DNA from: an uncultured Gemmatimonadaceae bacterium
GTDB lineage: Bacteria; Latescibacterota; UBA2968; UBA8231
Assembly: GCA_964512165.1 (NCBI GenBank)
Contig: CAZEHQ010000003.1
Location: forward strand, 545-64,544
Reading direction: 5' to 3'
DNA length: 64,000 bases
Below the pieces are notes generated by a model, which searched no databases, was not told the origin of the DNA, and saw only the letters and a program-made list of their open reading frames with translations. Of the stretch, positions 19,822-28,487 are shown one piece after another (position 1 is the first letter of the stretch; each line of letters opens with the position of its first letter). The translations under genes and the position numbers were made by a program.

Positions 19822-22800
19822 GCTTGATCGGACTGTCGATCGTCGGCGTCACCCTGGGCATCTCCCTCCTCGCCCGGGACGTGCCCACCGAGGACTACAT
19901 GCTCTCCACCTTCCAGGCGGGACAGAGCTTCTACTCCGAGGGCGCCTACGACCAGGCGATAGAGAAGTACAGCGACGTGGGCGGCGTCCGCAGCCTCCTC
20001 CTCGACGACGCCGCCATCGTCGTCGTCGTGGGCGACGTGGAGACCACGGTCAAGGACGCGGCCATCTACCAGGTGGGCAACTCCTACTTCAAGATGTTCG
20101 AGGAGGAGTTCCAGGCCGCCGAGGCCGCGGGCCATGAGCGCCAGCGGCAGCAGCGCCTCGAGAGGGCCAACGAGTACCTGGAGGAGGCGGTGAGCCACTT
20201 CTCCCGGGTCGAGAAGCGGTCCGGCTCCGAGGAGCTGCGCGTCCTCGCCATGAGCCGGATCATGACGAGCTGGTACACCGCCCGGCGCTACCAGGACGTG
20301 ATCCGCGTGGGCCGCGAGTTCGTCGACAGGTATCCCGACAGCGCCTACCTCGTGGAGGCCCTCTACAACATCGGCTGGTCCTGGTACGAGCTCGGCGACT
20401 ACGGCCGCAGCATCGAGGCCTTCACCGGGCTGACGGAGCGCTTCGAGTCCGGCTTCCACGTGAGCCGGGCCCTGTTCCAGATCGGGGAGTGCTGGTACGA
20501 CCAGGGCCGCTACGCCGAGGCGATCCCCTGGTACCAGCGGCTGGTGGACCGCGCCGACATCCTCGAGCTGACCGAGCAGGAGATCCAGCGGATGCAGTTC
20601 GAGAAGGTCGCCGGCCTCGTGGACGAGACCGAGTACGAGCTGACCGCCAAGGCCCAGATCCGCATCGGCGACAGCTACAGCCGGCTGGGGGAGTTCGAGC
20701 AGGCCGAGGAGTCGTACCGCGTGGTGATCTCGGTCTTCGCCCAGGAGCGGCGCCTCGTGGAGCGCGCCTACCAGAGCCTGGCGGACATGCACTTCGAGAA
20801 CCGCCGCCTGGAGCGCTGCGTCGCCGCCTACCGCGAGGCCATCGACAACATCCCGAACCGCATCTTCAAAGCGCGCATGCAGTTCCAGCTGGCCAAGCGC
20901 TACGCGGAGGCGAGCCGGGAGTGGGGCGAGGACCTCTTCGACGACGCCGTCCGCGAGTACAACGTCTACCTGAAGGGCTACGCCGAGGTGGCGCAGCAGG
21001 CCGGGTTCACCCCGGCCAACGCCTGGTTCGAGATCGGCCAGGCCCGCTACGCCGAGGCCGAGGGCCTCGCCCAGGCCGGAGAGGAGAGCCGTGAGGCCTA
21101 CGGCCGGGCCCTGCATGCCTACGACACCATCCTGGAAGAACATCCCGACCCCGCATTCCTCACCGCCGCCCGCTTCAACGCCGCCCTGTGCCGGCAGCGG
21201 ATGGGCGGCGAGGCGGAACTCGCCGAGGCGGTGGCGGCCTTCCGCGGCATCATCGACGAGGACCCCGCCGGCACCTGGGCCCGCAGCTCGCGGTTCCAGC
21301 TGGCGCGCATGTACTTCGGCCGCCAGGAGTTCGACCGCTCCGCCGGCGTCTACGCCGAGATCATCGCCGAGGCCCGCGACTCCACCCACCTCGACATCGC
21401 CCGCTTCGAGCTGGGCCTCGTCCTGCAGAAGGGGGGCGACCTGGAGGGCGCCGTGGAGGAGTTCCTCGCCGTGCGCCCCTCGGCGCCGCAGTTCTCCCTC
21501 TCCCGCCTGGAGGCCGGCCGCGCCTGCGTGAGCCTCGAGAGCTACGACCGCGCCCTGGAGGTGCTCTCCGCGGGCATGGAGGCCGCCGGGGACGACGGCG
21601 AGCGCGCCCAGTACCACTACCTGACGGGCAAGGCCCGGGCCGGCCGGCAGGAGTACGGGCCCGCCGTGGAGGCCTTCACGCGGACCATCGCCCTCACCGC
21701 CGACCCGGCCCTGGTGGAGATCGCCCGCTACGACCGGGGGACGGGCTACTCCCGCCTCGAGCGCTACGCCGAGGCCGAGAAGGACCTGCGGGTGCTGGTC
21801 GATTCGGGCAACGAGCGCATCCGCGGCCCGGCGCAGAAGATGCTCGGACTGGCCTACCTGCGCCTCGACCGCCAGCAGGAGGCCCTGGCCAGCTACGGCC
21901 GGCTCGCCGAGACCGCCGCCGACGCCGGCGAGCGGGCCGAGTACATGGTGCTCATGCTCGAGCTGTTCTTCGAGCTGGAGCAGTACGACATGGCCATCGC
22001 CACGGGCCGGCAGATCCTGGACCAGGAGTTCGAGGACAGCCTCGAGCACAAGGACTACTGGATCGACGAGCTGGTGTACTACCTCATCGGCGAGAGCCAG
22101 TACCGCAGCGGCCAGGCCGGCGCCGCCATGGCCACCTACGCCGAGGGCCTGCGGCGTTTCCCCGCCTCCTACTACTCGCCCGACATGGCCTACGGCCTCG
22201 GCACCCTCTACTTCGAGAGCGACCGCCTCGACGACGCCACCGGCACCCTGGCCGACTTCGTGAAGCGCTTCCCGCGCTCCCCCAACGCCCTGTACGGCCA
22301 ATACTACCTCGGGTACGCCCACTTCAACCTCAGGGAGTGGGACCAGTCCCTGGAGGCCTTCCAGGGCCTCGTGGACAGGTTCCCCGACGCCGAGGTGGCC
22401 GCCGAGGCGCTCATGCGCTCCGCCGAGAGCGCCTTCAACCTGGGCCGCTTCGACGAGGTGGCCGCCCTCTACGGGCGGCTTCTGGAGAGCCATCCCGAGT
22501 CGCCCTTCAGCGACGACGCCATGTACAACCTCGCCTGGGCCCACTACGAGTCCAAGGACGAGGATGCCTTCATCGCCGGCCTGGAGCGGCTCCTGGGCGC
22601 CTTCCCGCGGAGCGAGTTCGCCCCCGACGCCCGGTTCACCCTCGGCGACTACTACTTCAACAAGGAGGAGTACGAGAAGGCCCAGGCCGAGTACCAGATC
22701 GTGCTCTCCGAGTACGGCAGCTCCACCATCGCCCGCGAGGTCCCCGAGGTGTTGCACAAGGTCCGGGAGATCATCGCCTACGGCGAGTACGAGCAGGCCA

Positions 22801-23099
22801 TGGCGGTCTTCAGCGAGGGCCTGAGCCTCGAAAAGGAGGCGCAGCGGGACGAGGCGGTGCGGAAGTTCGAGGAGGCCGCCCCCCTCTTCGTGGCCCTCAT
22901 GGAGAAGTACCCCGGCACCGAGGTCGAGGTCGGCGCCCTGAGCAACCTCGGCATCTGCTACGAGTTCCTGCGCCGGTGGCAGGAGGCGGTGCAGACCTAC
23001 GACAAGGTCATCGCCCTCTACGAGCAGGAGAAGGCGAGCCAGGAGGCGTTCCAGTTCGCCAAGGGCCACCGCGACTGGATCGTCACCTCCCGGCTCTGA
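19818..23099 (+). CDS. Large TPR / YbgF(CpoB)-like repeat protein (1093 aa)
   Basis: ATGA overlap with the upstream gene. N-terminal hydrophobic segment MSLIGLSIVGVTLGISLLA. Many YbgF-type TPR units, for example YPDSAYLVEALYNIGWSWYELGDYGRSIEAF and FPRSPNALYGQYYLGYAHFNLREWDQSLEAF. Confidence 0.85.
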   Translation: MSLIGLSIVGVTLGISLLARDVPTEDYMLSTFQAGQSFYSEGAYDQAIEKYSDVGGVRSLLLDDAAIVVVVGDVETTVKDAAIYQVGNSYFKMFEEEFQAAEAAGHERQRQQRLERANEYLEEAVSHFSRVEKRSGSEELRVLAMSRIMTSWYTARRYQDVIRVGREFVDRYPDSAYLVEALYNIGWSWYELGDYGRSIEAFTGLTERFESGFHVSRALFQIGECWYDQGRYAEAIPWYQRLVDRADILELTEQEIQRMQFEKVAGLVDETEYELTAKAQIRIGDSYSRLGEFEQAEESYRVVISVFAQERRLVERAYQSLADMHFENRRLERCVAAYREAIDNIPNRIFKARMQFQLAKRYAEASREWGEDLFDDAVREYNVYLKGYAEVAQQAGFTPANAWFEIGQARYAEAEGLAQAGEESREAYGRALHAYDTILEEHPDPAFLTAARFNAALCRQRMGGEAELAEAVAAFRGIIDEDPAGTWARSSRFQLARMYFGRQEFDRSAGVYAEIIAEARDSTHLDIARFELGLVLQKGGDLEGAVEEFLAVRPSAPQFSLSRLEAGRACVSLESYDRALEVLSAGMEAAGDDGERAQYHYLTGKARAGRQEYGPAVEAFTRTIALTADPALVEIARYDRGTGYSRLERYAEAEKDLRVLVDSGNERIRGPAQKMLGLAYLRLDRQQEALASYGRLAETAADAGERAEYMVLMLELFFELEQYDMAIATGRQILDQEFEDSLEHKDYWIDELVYYLIGESQYRSGQAGAAMATYAEGLRRFPASYYSPDMAYGLGTLYFESDRLDDATGTLADFVKRFPRSPNALYGQYYLGYAHFNLREWDQSLEAFQGLVDRFPDAEVAAEALMRSAESAFNLGRFDEVAALYGRLLESHPESPFSDDAMYNLAWAHYESKDEDAFIAGLERLLGAFPRSEFAPDARFTLGDYYFNKEEYEKAQAEYQIVLSEYGSSTIAREVPEVLHKVREIIAYGEYEQAMAVFSEGLSLEKEAQRDEAVRKFEEAAPLFVALMEKYPGTEVEVGALSNLGICYEFLRRWQEAVQTYDKVIALYEQEKASQEAFQFAKGHRDWIVTSRL

Positions 23100-23122
23100 C
23101 GAAGCAAGGAAAGGGTGAGGAA

Positions 23123-23911
23123 ATGAGCTCCCGGCGAAAGTCGATCTGTCGGATCCTGGTGTGCTGCGCCCCCCTGGCCGCGGCGGGGTGCATCATCTTC
23201 CCGCCCAAGATCCACTACAACTCCTACATGGTCCCCGCCACCCAGGCCGGCGAGGTCTACCGCACCGAGGAGGACGGCTCCATCTCCTACGTCATGGAGG
23301 GGCTCCGCCTCAACGTGCGCTTCCTCACCGACGCCGAGCTGAACGCCCTGCTGCCGGAGGATTCCGTCAAGGGGAAGTACTCCACGAATCCCTACACCTA
23401 CGGCGACCACGTGGACGGCGACGTGGGCTACGTCCCCGACCGCTTCACCACCTTCCGGGTCAGCGTCTTCAACCAGACCTTCGCCAAGGTGCAGCTCAAC
23501 CCCATCGAGGTCGTCCTGCTCACCGACCAGGGCGAGGAGCTGAACTCCTACGGCATTCCCTCCACCTCGCCCTTCAACAGCTTCGAGCGCTACTACCGGG
23601 GCCTGAGGGGGCAGAGCGGCAACGAGTTCTACCGCTTCGAGGTGCGCATGGGGCACGTGCGCAGCCTCAACTACGCCGAGAGCCAGCCGATCTTCAAGGG
23701 CGAGAACTACAGCGGCCTCATCGCCTTCGACGCCCTCGACCGGGACGTGCGCCGCGTGCGCCTCGTGCTCAAGGAGTTCACCCTCAAGTTCGACGAGTTC
23801 GGCGTGCCCCTCGAGACGATCGACTGCCGTTTCGACTTCCGCCGCCGGATCGAGCTCTGGGAGGTGGAAGAGGAAGAGACGCTGGTGAGCGACGGCGGCC
23901 GCCAGCCCTAG
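23123..23911 (+). CDS. Lipoprotein, function unknown
   Basis: AAGGAAAGGGTGAGG lies upstream of the ATG at 23123. Lipobox: RILVCCAPLAAAGC. No named domain recognised. Confidence 0.6.
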   Translation: MSSRRKSICRILVCCAPLAAAGCIIFPPKIHYNSYMVPATQAGEVYRTEEDGSISYVMEGLRLNVRFLTDAELNALLPEDSVKGKYSTNPYTYGDHVDGDVGYVPDRFTTFRVSVFNQTFAKVQLNPIEVVLLTDQGEELNSYGIPSTSPFNSFERYYRGLRGQSGNEFYRFEVRMGHVRSLNYAESQPIFKGENYSGLIAFDALDRDVRRVRLVLKEFTLKFDEFGVPLETIDCRFDFRRRIELWEVEEEETLVSDGGRQP

Positions 23912-23919
23912 CCGCGTCC

Positions 23920-24861
23920 GTGCCCGCCCCGGGGAGTCCCCGCCGGCCGCCCGTCCGGTGGCCCGTCCGACTGCTGCTCTCCGCCCTGATCCTGTCCCCG
24001 GTGGGCTCACCGGCCGCCCAGCCGGGGGAGCGGGTCCTGGTGGTATCCTTCGAAGACCAGAGCGACTTCCGCGGCACCTGGGACCTCCGGCAGGGGGTGC
24101 CCCGGCTGCTGGCCGAGCTGCTGCACGGCAGCGGCGTCTTCGAGGTCCTCCCCTTCGACAGCCTGGCCGTCCTTCCCGCCGGGGCCGGAGAAACCGATGC
24201 CAGGCGACTGGAGCGACAGCTGCAGGCCGGCCGCGAGGCCGGCGCCGACCTGGTCCTCGGCGGCCGGATCCGCCGCTTCGCCATCAAGCGCTTCAACGTC
24301 GGCAGCCCCCTCGTGGGCGGGTTCACCTCCTATTCCGTGCTCGTCGAGGTCGACGCCCGCCTGACGCGGGTCCTCACGGGGTCCCGCGACGGGGAGGAGG
24401 CCAGCGGCCGGGCGGAGGTGAAGGACCAGGACCTGGGCCTGACCCTGCTGGGCCGGACCACCGAGACCGAGGCCGCCCTCGCCCGCCTCAACGAGGTCCC
24501 CTTCGGGGCGCCGGAGTTCCGCGAGACGATCGTCGGCGCCGCCACCCTCGACGCCCTCGGGCAGATCGCCGGGGAGCTGTCGGCCCAGGTCGTGGTCGCC
24601 GCGGTGGAGGGCAAGGTCCTCAGCCTCCAGAGCGGCGGCGGATTCGTGGACGTCGGCCTGGCCGACCGGGTCGAGGCCGGTCACCGGCTGGCCGTGCACT
24701 CCCGGCGGGACACGCAACGGGTGGGCACGGTGCAGATCGTCGAGGTTCTGGCGGCGCACCTGTCGAGATTCCGCGCCCTGGAGGGCGGGGGAGCCATCCG
24801 CGAGGGGGATCTCCTTCGGTCCCCGTCCCAGGGTGATCCCGGAAGGGGAGACCACCGATGA
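23920..24861 (+). CDS. CsgG / LpoB / FlgT-like periplasmic protein
   Basis: GTG at 23920, in frame with ORF 23161..24861. Signal-like VRWPVRLLLSALILSPVGSPAAQP. CsgG-type pattern: VLVVSFEDQSDFRG...GVPRLLAELLHGSGVFEVLPFDSL...GADLVLGGRIRRFAI. The start codon is uncertain. Confidence 0.5.
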   Translation: MPAPGSPRRPPVRWPVRLLLSALILSPVGSPAAQPGERVLVVSFEDQSDFRGTWDLRQGVPRLLAELLHGSGVFEVLPFDSLAVLPAGAGETDARRLERQLQAGREAGADLVLGGRIRRFAIKRFNVGSPLVGGFTSYSVLVEVDARLTRVLTGSRDGEEASGRAEVKDQDLGLTLLGRTTETEAALARLNEVPFGAPEFRETIVGAATLDALGQIAGELSAQVVVAAVEGKVLSLQSGGGFVDVGLADRVEAGHRLAVHSRRDTQRVGTVQIVEVLAAHLSRFRALEGGGAIREGDLLRSPSQGDPGRGDHR

Positions 24862-26696
24862 GCACCGATGCCCGCGACCTCGAGCCTGCCTGGGCGCATC
24901 GCACGGACGACGTCGACACCAAGGTCGGGATCCTGCGGCGAGCGCTGCGCGCGGGGAACCACGAACTGGCACTGGGCGTGGCCGACTCCATCAGGGACAC
25001 CGTCGCCAACGAGCGCATGATGCGGGCCGACCCGGGGCCCGCCGACCTGCCCGGCCACGGCTGGCAACGGACCGGGCGCCTGCCGGAGCCCTGGTCCCGG
25101 TGGGCCGACGGCTGGGAGCTGTGGCAGAGCGTGCGGCTCAGCGAGCCCATCGGCCAGGCGCGGCAAGCCGAGCCGCTCGACCTCCTCGTCGGCATGCCCG
25201 CGGAGCGGGTAGCGTCGCCGCAGCGCGAGCTGCGGGTAGCGCGCCTCGAGGACGGCCGGCCCTGCGAGGTCCGCAGCCAGGTCTACGGCGAGGTCCGCCG
25301 GGGGCCGCACTGGTTCGCCCACCTGGTCTTCGAGGCCTCTGTCCCCGCCACCGGCGCGGCGGTGTTCCTGGTCTTCTGCGGCAACCCCGCCGCCGAGCTG
25401 CCCGACTACCCGAGCCGCCTGAGCATCCGGGGCGAGGGCGTGGGCCTCGAGATCGAGACCCCCCACTATGTCGCCACCCTCTCCCGGCAGATGGGCCAGC
25501 TGGAGTCTCTGACGCCCAAGTGGCACCTGGGCGGGCTGCGCTTGTCCACCCACGGAGACGGCCACGGCGAGCCACCCAACCTCGACTGGGCCCACGACTA
25601 CACCACGGCCGGCGCCTTTCAGAAGATGCGGGTCACGAACTGGGCCGAGTGCCCCCACCACGAAGTGGTGCGCGGTCCCTTGTGCGCCATCGTGCGGCGC
25701 TTCGGCTTTCCCCACAGCCCGGTGCATCCCCTGTTCACCCCCAGCCGCCTGTTCATGGACCTGACCTACACCTTCTACGCCGGGGTCCCCTGGTTCCTGA
25801 AGGATGGCCGCATGGAGGCGGCGCGCGACTTCTGCGCCCACGTGGCCCGCGACGACGAGTGGTACTTCGGCGGCCGGCCCTTCGACGCCTCCCTGTGGAT
25901 GGACCGGGGAGGCCGCGTGCACGAGGGCCCGGTGCCGCCGGAGCAGATCGACCACGTCTGGGGCGCCGGCTTCTTCCATCGTCAGAGCCGGGACAGCATG
26001 TTCGTCATCTACCTGGACCACCATCTCGAGGGATCGCCCGGCGCCGGACCGGAGGCGACGACGCCGGCGAAGCTCCATCAGCACCTCGACATCACCCTCG
26101 ACCATGCCAGGCCGGGGCAGCCGCCGCACGCGTCGGTCTGGTGCCGTCCCATGCTGCGCGACAGCGCCTGGCTGCAGACCGGATCGTCCCTCGTGCAGCG
26201 CAACGCCTACCTGCTGGCGCCCTATCCCCGGCAGGGCGGCGCCGCGGGGCTGGAAGCGCTTCGCCAGCGCCTGCTGTCGCCGCTGGTGGCCGAAGCCGGT
26301 GGGACCCCGCCGGCGGCTCCGGCCGGCGCGTCCTCCGAGGCCGGCCAACCCCTGGCCCGGGTCGGCGAGCGCCCCTCGGACCGGCCCCGGAAACGCGCCC
26401 TCTGGGAGGCCATGGGGGAGGTTCGCGAGGACCAGCTCGGCAGCGTCGACGCCAGCCTGGTCGACATGGGCTACATCTACGACGTGCGCACCCGCGGCGC
26501 CGACGTTCGCGTGGTGATGACGATGCCCCACCGGGGGCGGCCGAAGTACGACTTTCTCGCCAAACCGCTGCGGGCGCGGCTGGAACAGCTGCCGGGCGTC
26601 GGCTCGGTGGTTGTCGAGCTCACCTGGGAGCCGGCCTGGACACCCAACCGCCTCACGGATGTGGGCCGCAGGCTGATGGGTCTGGCCGACGGCTGA
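24858..26696 (+). CDS. Cytoplasmic protein: ~500 aa unknown N-terminal region fused to a C-terminal DUF59 (MIP18/SufT-like) domain
   Basis: ATGA overlap with the upstream gene. No signal peptide. C-terminus matches the DUF59 pattern: ALWEAMGEVREDQLGSVDASLVDMGYIYDVRTRGADVRVVMTMPHRGRPKYDFLAKPLRARLEQLPGVGSVVVELTWEPAWTPNRL. Confidence 0.7.
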   Translation: MSTDARDLEPAWAHRTDDVDTKVGILRRALRAGNHELALGVADSIRDTVANERMMRADPGPADLPGHGWQRTGRLPEPWSRWADGWELWQSVRLSEPIGQARQAEPLDLLVGMPAERVASPQRELRVARLEDGRPCEVRSQVYGEVRRGPHWFAHLVFEASVPATGAAVFLVFCGNPAAELPDYPSRLSIRGEGVGLEIETPHYVATLSRQMGQLESLTPKWHLGGLRLSTHGDGHGEPPNLDWAHDYTTAGAFQKMRVTNWAECPHHEVVRGPLCAIVRRFGFPHSPVHPLFTPSRLFMDLTYTFYAGVPWFLKDGRMEAARDFCAHVARDDEWYFGGRPFDASLWMDRGGRVHEGPVPPEQIDHVWGAGFFHRQSRDSMFVIYLDHHLEGSPGAGPEATTPAKLHQHLDITLDHARPGQPPHASVWCRPMLRDSAWLQTGSSLVQRNAYLLAPYPRQGGAAGLEALRQRLLSPLVAEAGGTPPAAPAGASSEAGQPLARVGERPSDRPRKRALWEAMGEVREDQLGSVDASLVDMGYIYDVRTRGADVRVVMTMPHRGRPKYDFLAKPLRARLEQLPGVGSVVVELTWEPAWTPNRLTDVGRRLMGLADG

Positions 26697-26782
26697 GGGC
26701 CGCGGCGGCGCGCTCGAAGCCCTCCGGAGCGGCCGGCGAAGCAGCCCGTGGGCGGCAGCCGTTGGGCTGCGGGCGCGGCGTC

Positions 26783-26811
26783 TGGACCGGAATCAGCCGG
26801 CAGGGTATATT
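26783..26811 (+). promoter_or_regulatory. Sigma70-like promoter candidate for the PspA-polyamine operon
   Basis: TGGACC (26783-26788), 17 nt spacer, TATATT (26806-26811). It lies 43 nt upstream of the GTG at 26854 and is the only AT-rich hexamer in this intergenic region. Confidence 0.3.
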
Positions 26812-26853
26812 GCCGATTCGCTGCTCCCGCTGCCGCCGCCAACGGTCGATTCC

Positions 26854-27201
26854 GTGTCCGGAGACCTCCTCCGCCGACTCTTCCACCTCACCCGCGCCCA
26901 CGTCGGGTCCCCGTCGCCGCCGCCGTCGACCGGCGGTGATCCTGGGCCCGGCGGGCCGGACCATGCCTCGCAGGCACCCGATGACGAACTGGCCGGGTAC
27001 TACGCCAATCTGGAGATTCCCCCCGGTTCGGACCTGGAGACGGTGCGGGCGGCCTGGAAGGGCATGATGCGCAAGTACCACCCCGACCTCCACGGCGCCG
27101 ACCCCGAGAAGCGGCGGCTGGCCGGAGAGCTCACCGCCAACTTGACGAGAGCCTACCAGGAGCTTGCGGCGGCCCTGGAGCAGAAGGGCCGGAGAGGTTA
27201 G
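26854..27201 (+). CDS. J-domain (DnaJ-like) protein
   Basis: YYANLEIPPGSDLETVRAAWKGMMRKYHPDLHG contains the HPD tripeptide in J-domain context. GTG start. Confidence 0.8.
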   Translation: MSGDLLRRLFHLTRAHVGSPSPPPSTGGDPGPGGPDHASQAPDDELAGYYANLEIPPGSDLETVRAAWKGMMRKYHPDLHGADPEKRRLAGELTANLTRAYQELAAALEQKGRRG

Positions 27202-27268
27202 CGCCGCGCCAACCACGTCAGAGCCGGCGGTCCGAGGCCGCCGCAACCGAGCAACTACAAGAGGGGCC

Positions 27269-27664
27269 ATGGCAGATCACTTCGACCGCGTCAAGGAGTA
27301 CATCCTCGAGCTGGGCTTCTCCATCGACGAGGAGATTCCCGAGGAAGAGATCGTCGTCATCAACGACGCCGAGCGCGGAATCCACGAGCTCGTCATCGAC
27401 TGCGAGGACGACCTTGTGGTGCTGGAGCAGCTCATCCTCAAGTTCGAAGGCGAGGTGCCCGCGGCCGTCTACCGCCGCATCCTGCAGATGAACCGCAGCC
27501 TCGTCTTCGGCGCCTTCATTCTCAACGAGGACGGCAACCTCCTCCTCTACCGCAACACCCTCGCCCTCGACAATCTCGACCTGAACGAGCTGGAGACGAC
27601 CATCAACGCCCTCAGCCTGGGCCTGGCGGAAAACGGCGACGAGCTCCTCGGCTTCGTCACCTGA
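27269..27664 (+). CDS. Small acidic YjfI/DUF2170-like (YbjN/chaperone-like) protein
   Basis: 131 aa. MADHFDRVKEYILELGFSIDEE...LVVLEQLILKF...LNRSLVFGAFILNEDGNLLLYRNTL. Sits directly upstream of a PspA gene, as yjfI sits upstream of yjfJ in E. coli. Confidence 0.65.
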   Translation: MADHFDRVKEYILELGFSIDEEIPEEEIVVINDAERGIHELVIDCEDDLVVLEQLILKFEGEVPAAVYRRILQMNRSLVFGAFILNEDGNLLLYRNTLALDNLDLNELETTINALSLGLAENGDELLGFVT

Positions 27665-27709
27665 GCCCGGCCCGCTGCGGCGCGTCACACGACACAAGGA
27701 AGGCGGACA

Positions 27710-28417
27710 ATGGCTGGCATCTTCAATCGCCTCTTCAAAGCCGGTGAGGCCGAGGCCCACTCCCTCGTGGACAAGCTCGAGGACCCCATCAAGATGAGCG
27801 AGCAGGCGATCCGAGATCTGCGCAAGGACCTGCAGGAGAGCCTGAGGAGCCTCGGCGAGGTCAAGTCCCTCGCCATTCGCATGGCCAAGGACGCCGAGGA
27901 CGCCAAGCGCCTGGCCGGGGACTACGAGCGCAAGGCCATGCTGCTGCTGCAGCGGGGGCAGGCCGGAGACGTGGAGACCGCCGAGGCGGAGCGCCTCGCC
28001 ATGGAGGCCCTGAGCCGCAAGGAGGAGGCCGCCGCGCGGGCGCTGCAGGCGACCCAGCAGGCCCAGACGCAGCAGCAGATGGTGGAAACCCTCCAGAACA
28101 ACGTCAACCAGCTCAAGTCGAAGGTCGCTTCCTACGAGAACGACCTGGTCATGCTCAAGGCGAGGGCGCGGACGGCCAATGCCACACGCAAGATCAACCA
28201 GCGCCTCTCCAACGTCGACACCAACGGCACTGTGGCTCTCCTCGAACGCATGAAGGAGAAGGTCTCCGAAGAGGAGGCCCTGTCCGAGGCCTACGGCGAG
28301 ATGGCCGAGGCGGGCGGCTCCGTCGACCAGGAGATCGACAAGGCCCTGGCCAGCGGCAGCACGGGCAAGTCCCAGGACTCGCTGGCCGAGCTCAAGTCCA
28401 AGATGGGCATCAGCTGA
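27710..28417 (+). CDS. pspA: PspA/IM30 family protein (YjfJ-like)
   Basis: MAGIFNRLFKAGEAEAHSLVDKLEDPIKMSEQAIRDLRKDLQESL... is followed by a long coiled coil typical of PspA/IM30. Confidence 0.9.
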   Translation: MAGIFNRLFKAGEAEAHSLVDKLEDPIKMSEQAIRDLRKDLQESLRSLGEVKSLAIRMAKDAEDAKRLAGDYERKAMLLLQRGQAGDVETAEAERLAMEALSRKEEAAARALQATQQAQTQQQMVETLQNNVNQLKSKVASYENDLVMLKARARTANATRKINQRLSNVDTNGTVALLERMKEKVSEEEALSEAYGEMAEAGGSVDQEIDKALASGSTGKSQDSLAELKSKMGIS

Positions 28418-28487
28418 CGGCGGCCGCGCTCCTCCGCCCGGCAGCAGACCGTCGCCAGCAGTTCCCGGTCCTACAGAGTACCCGTCC

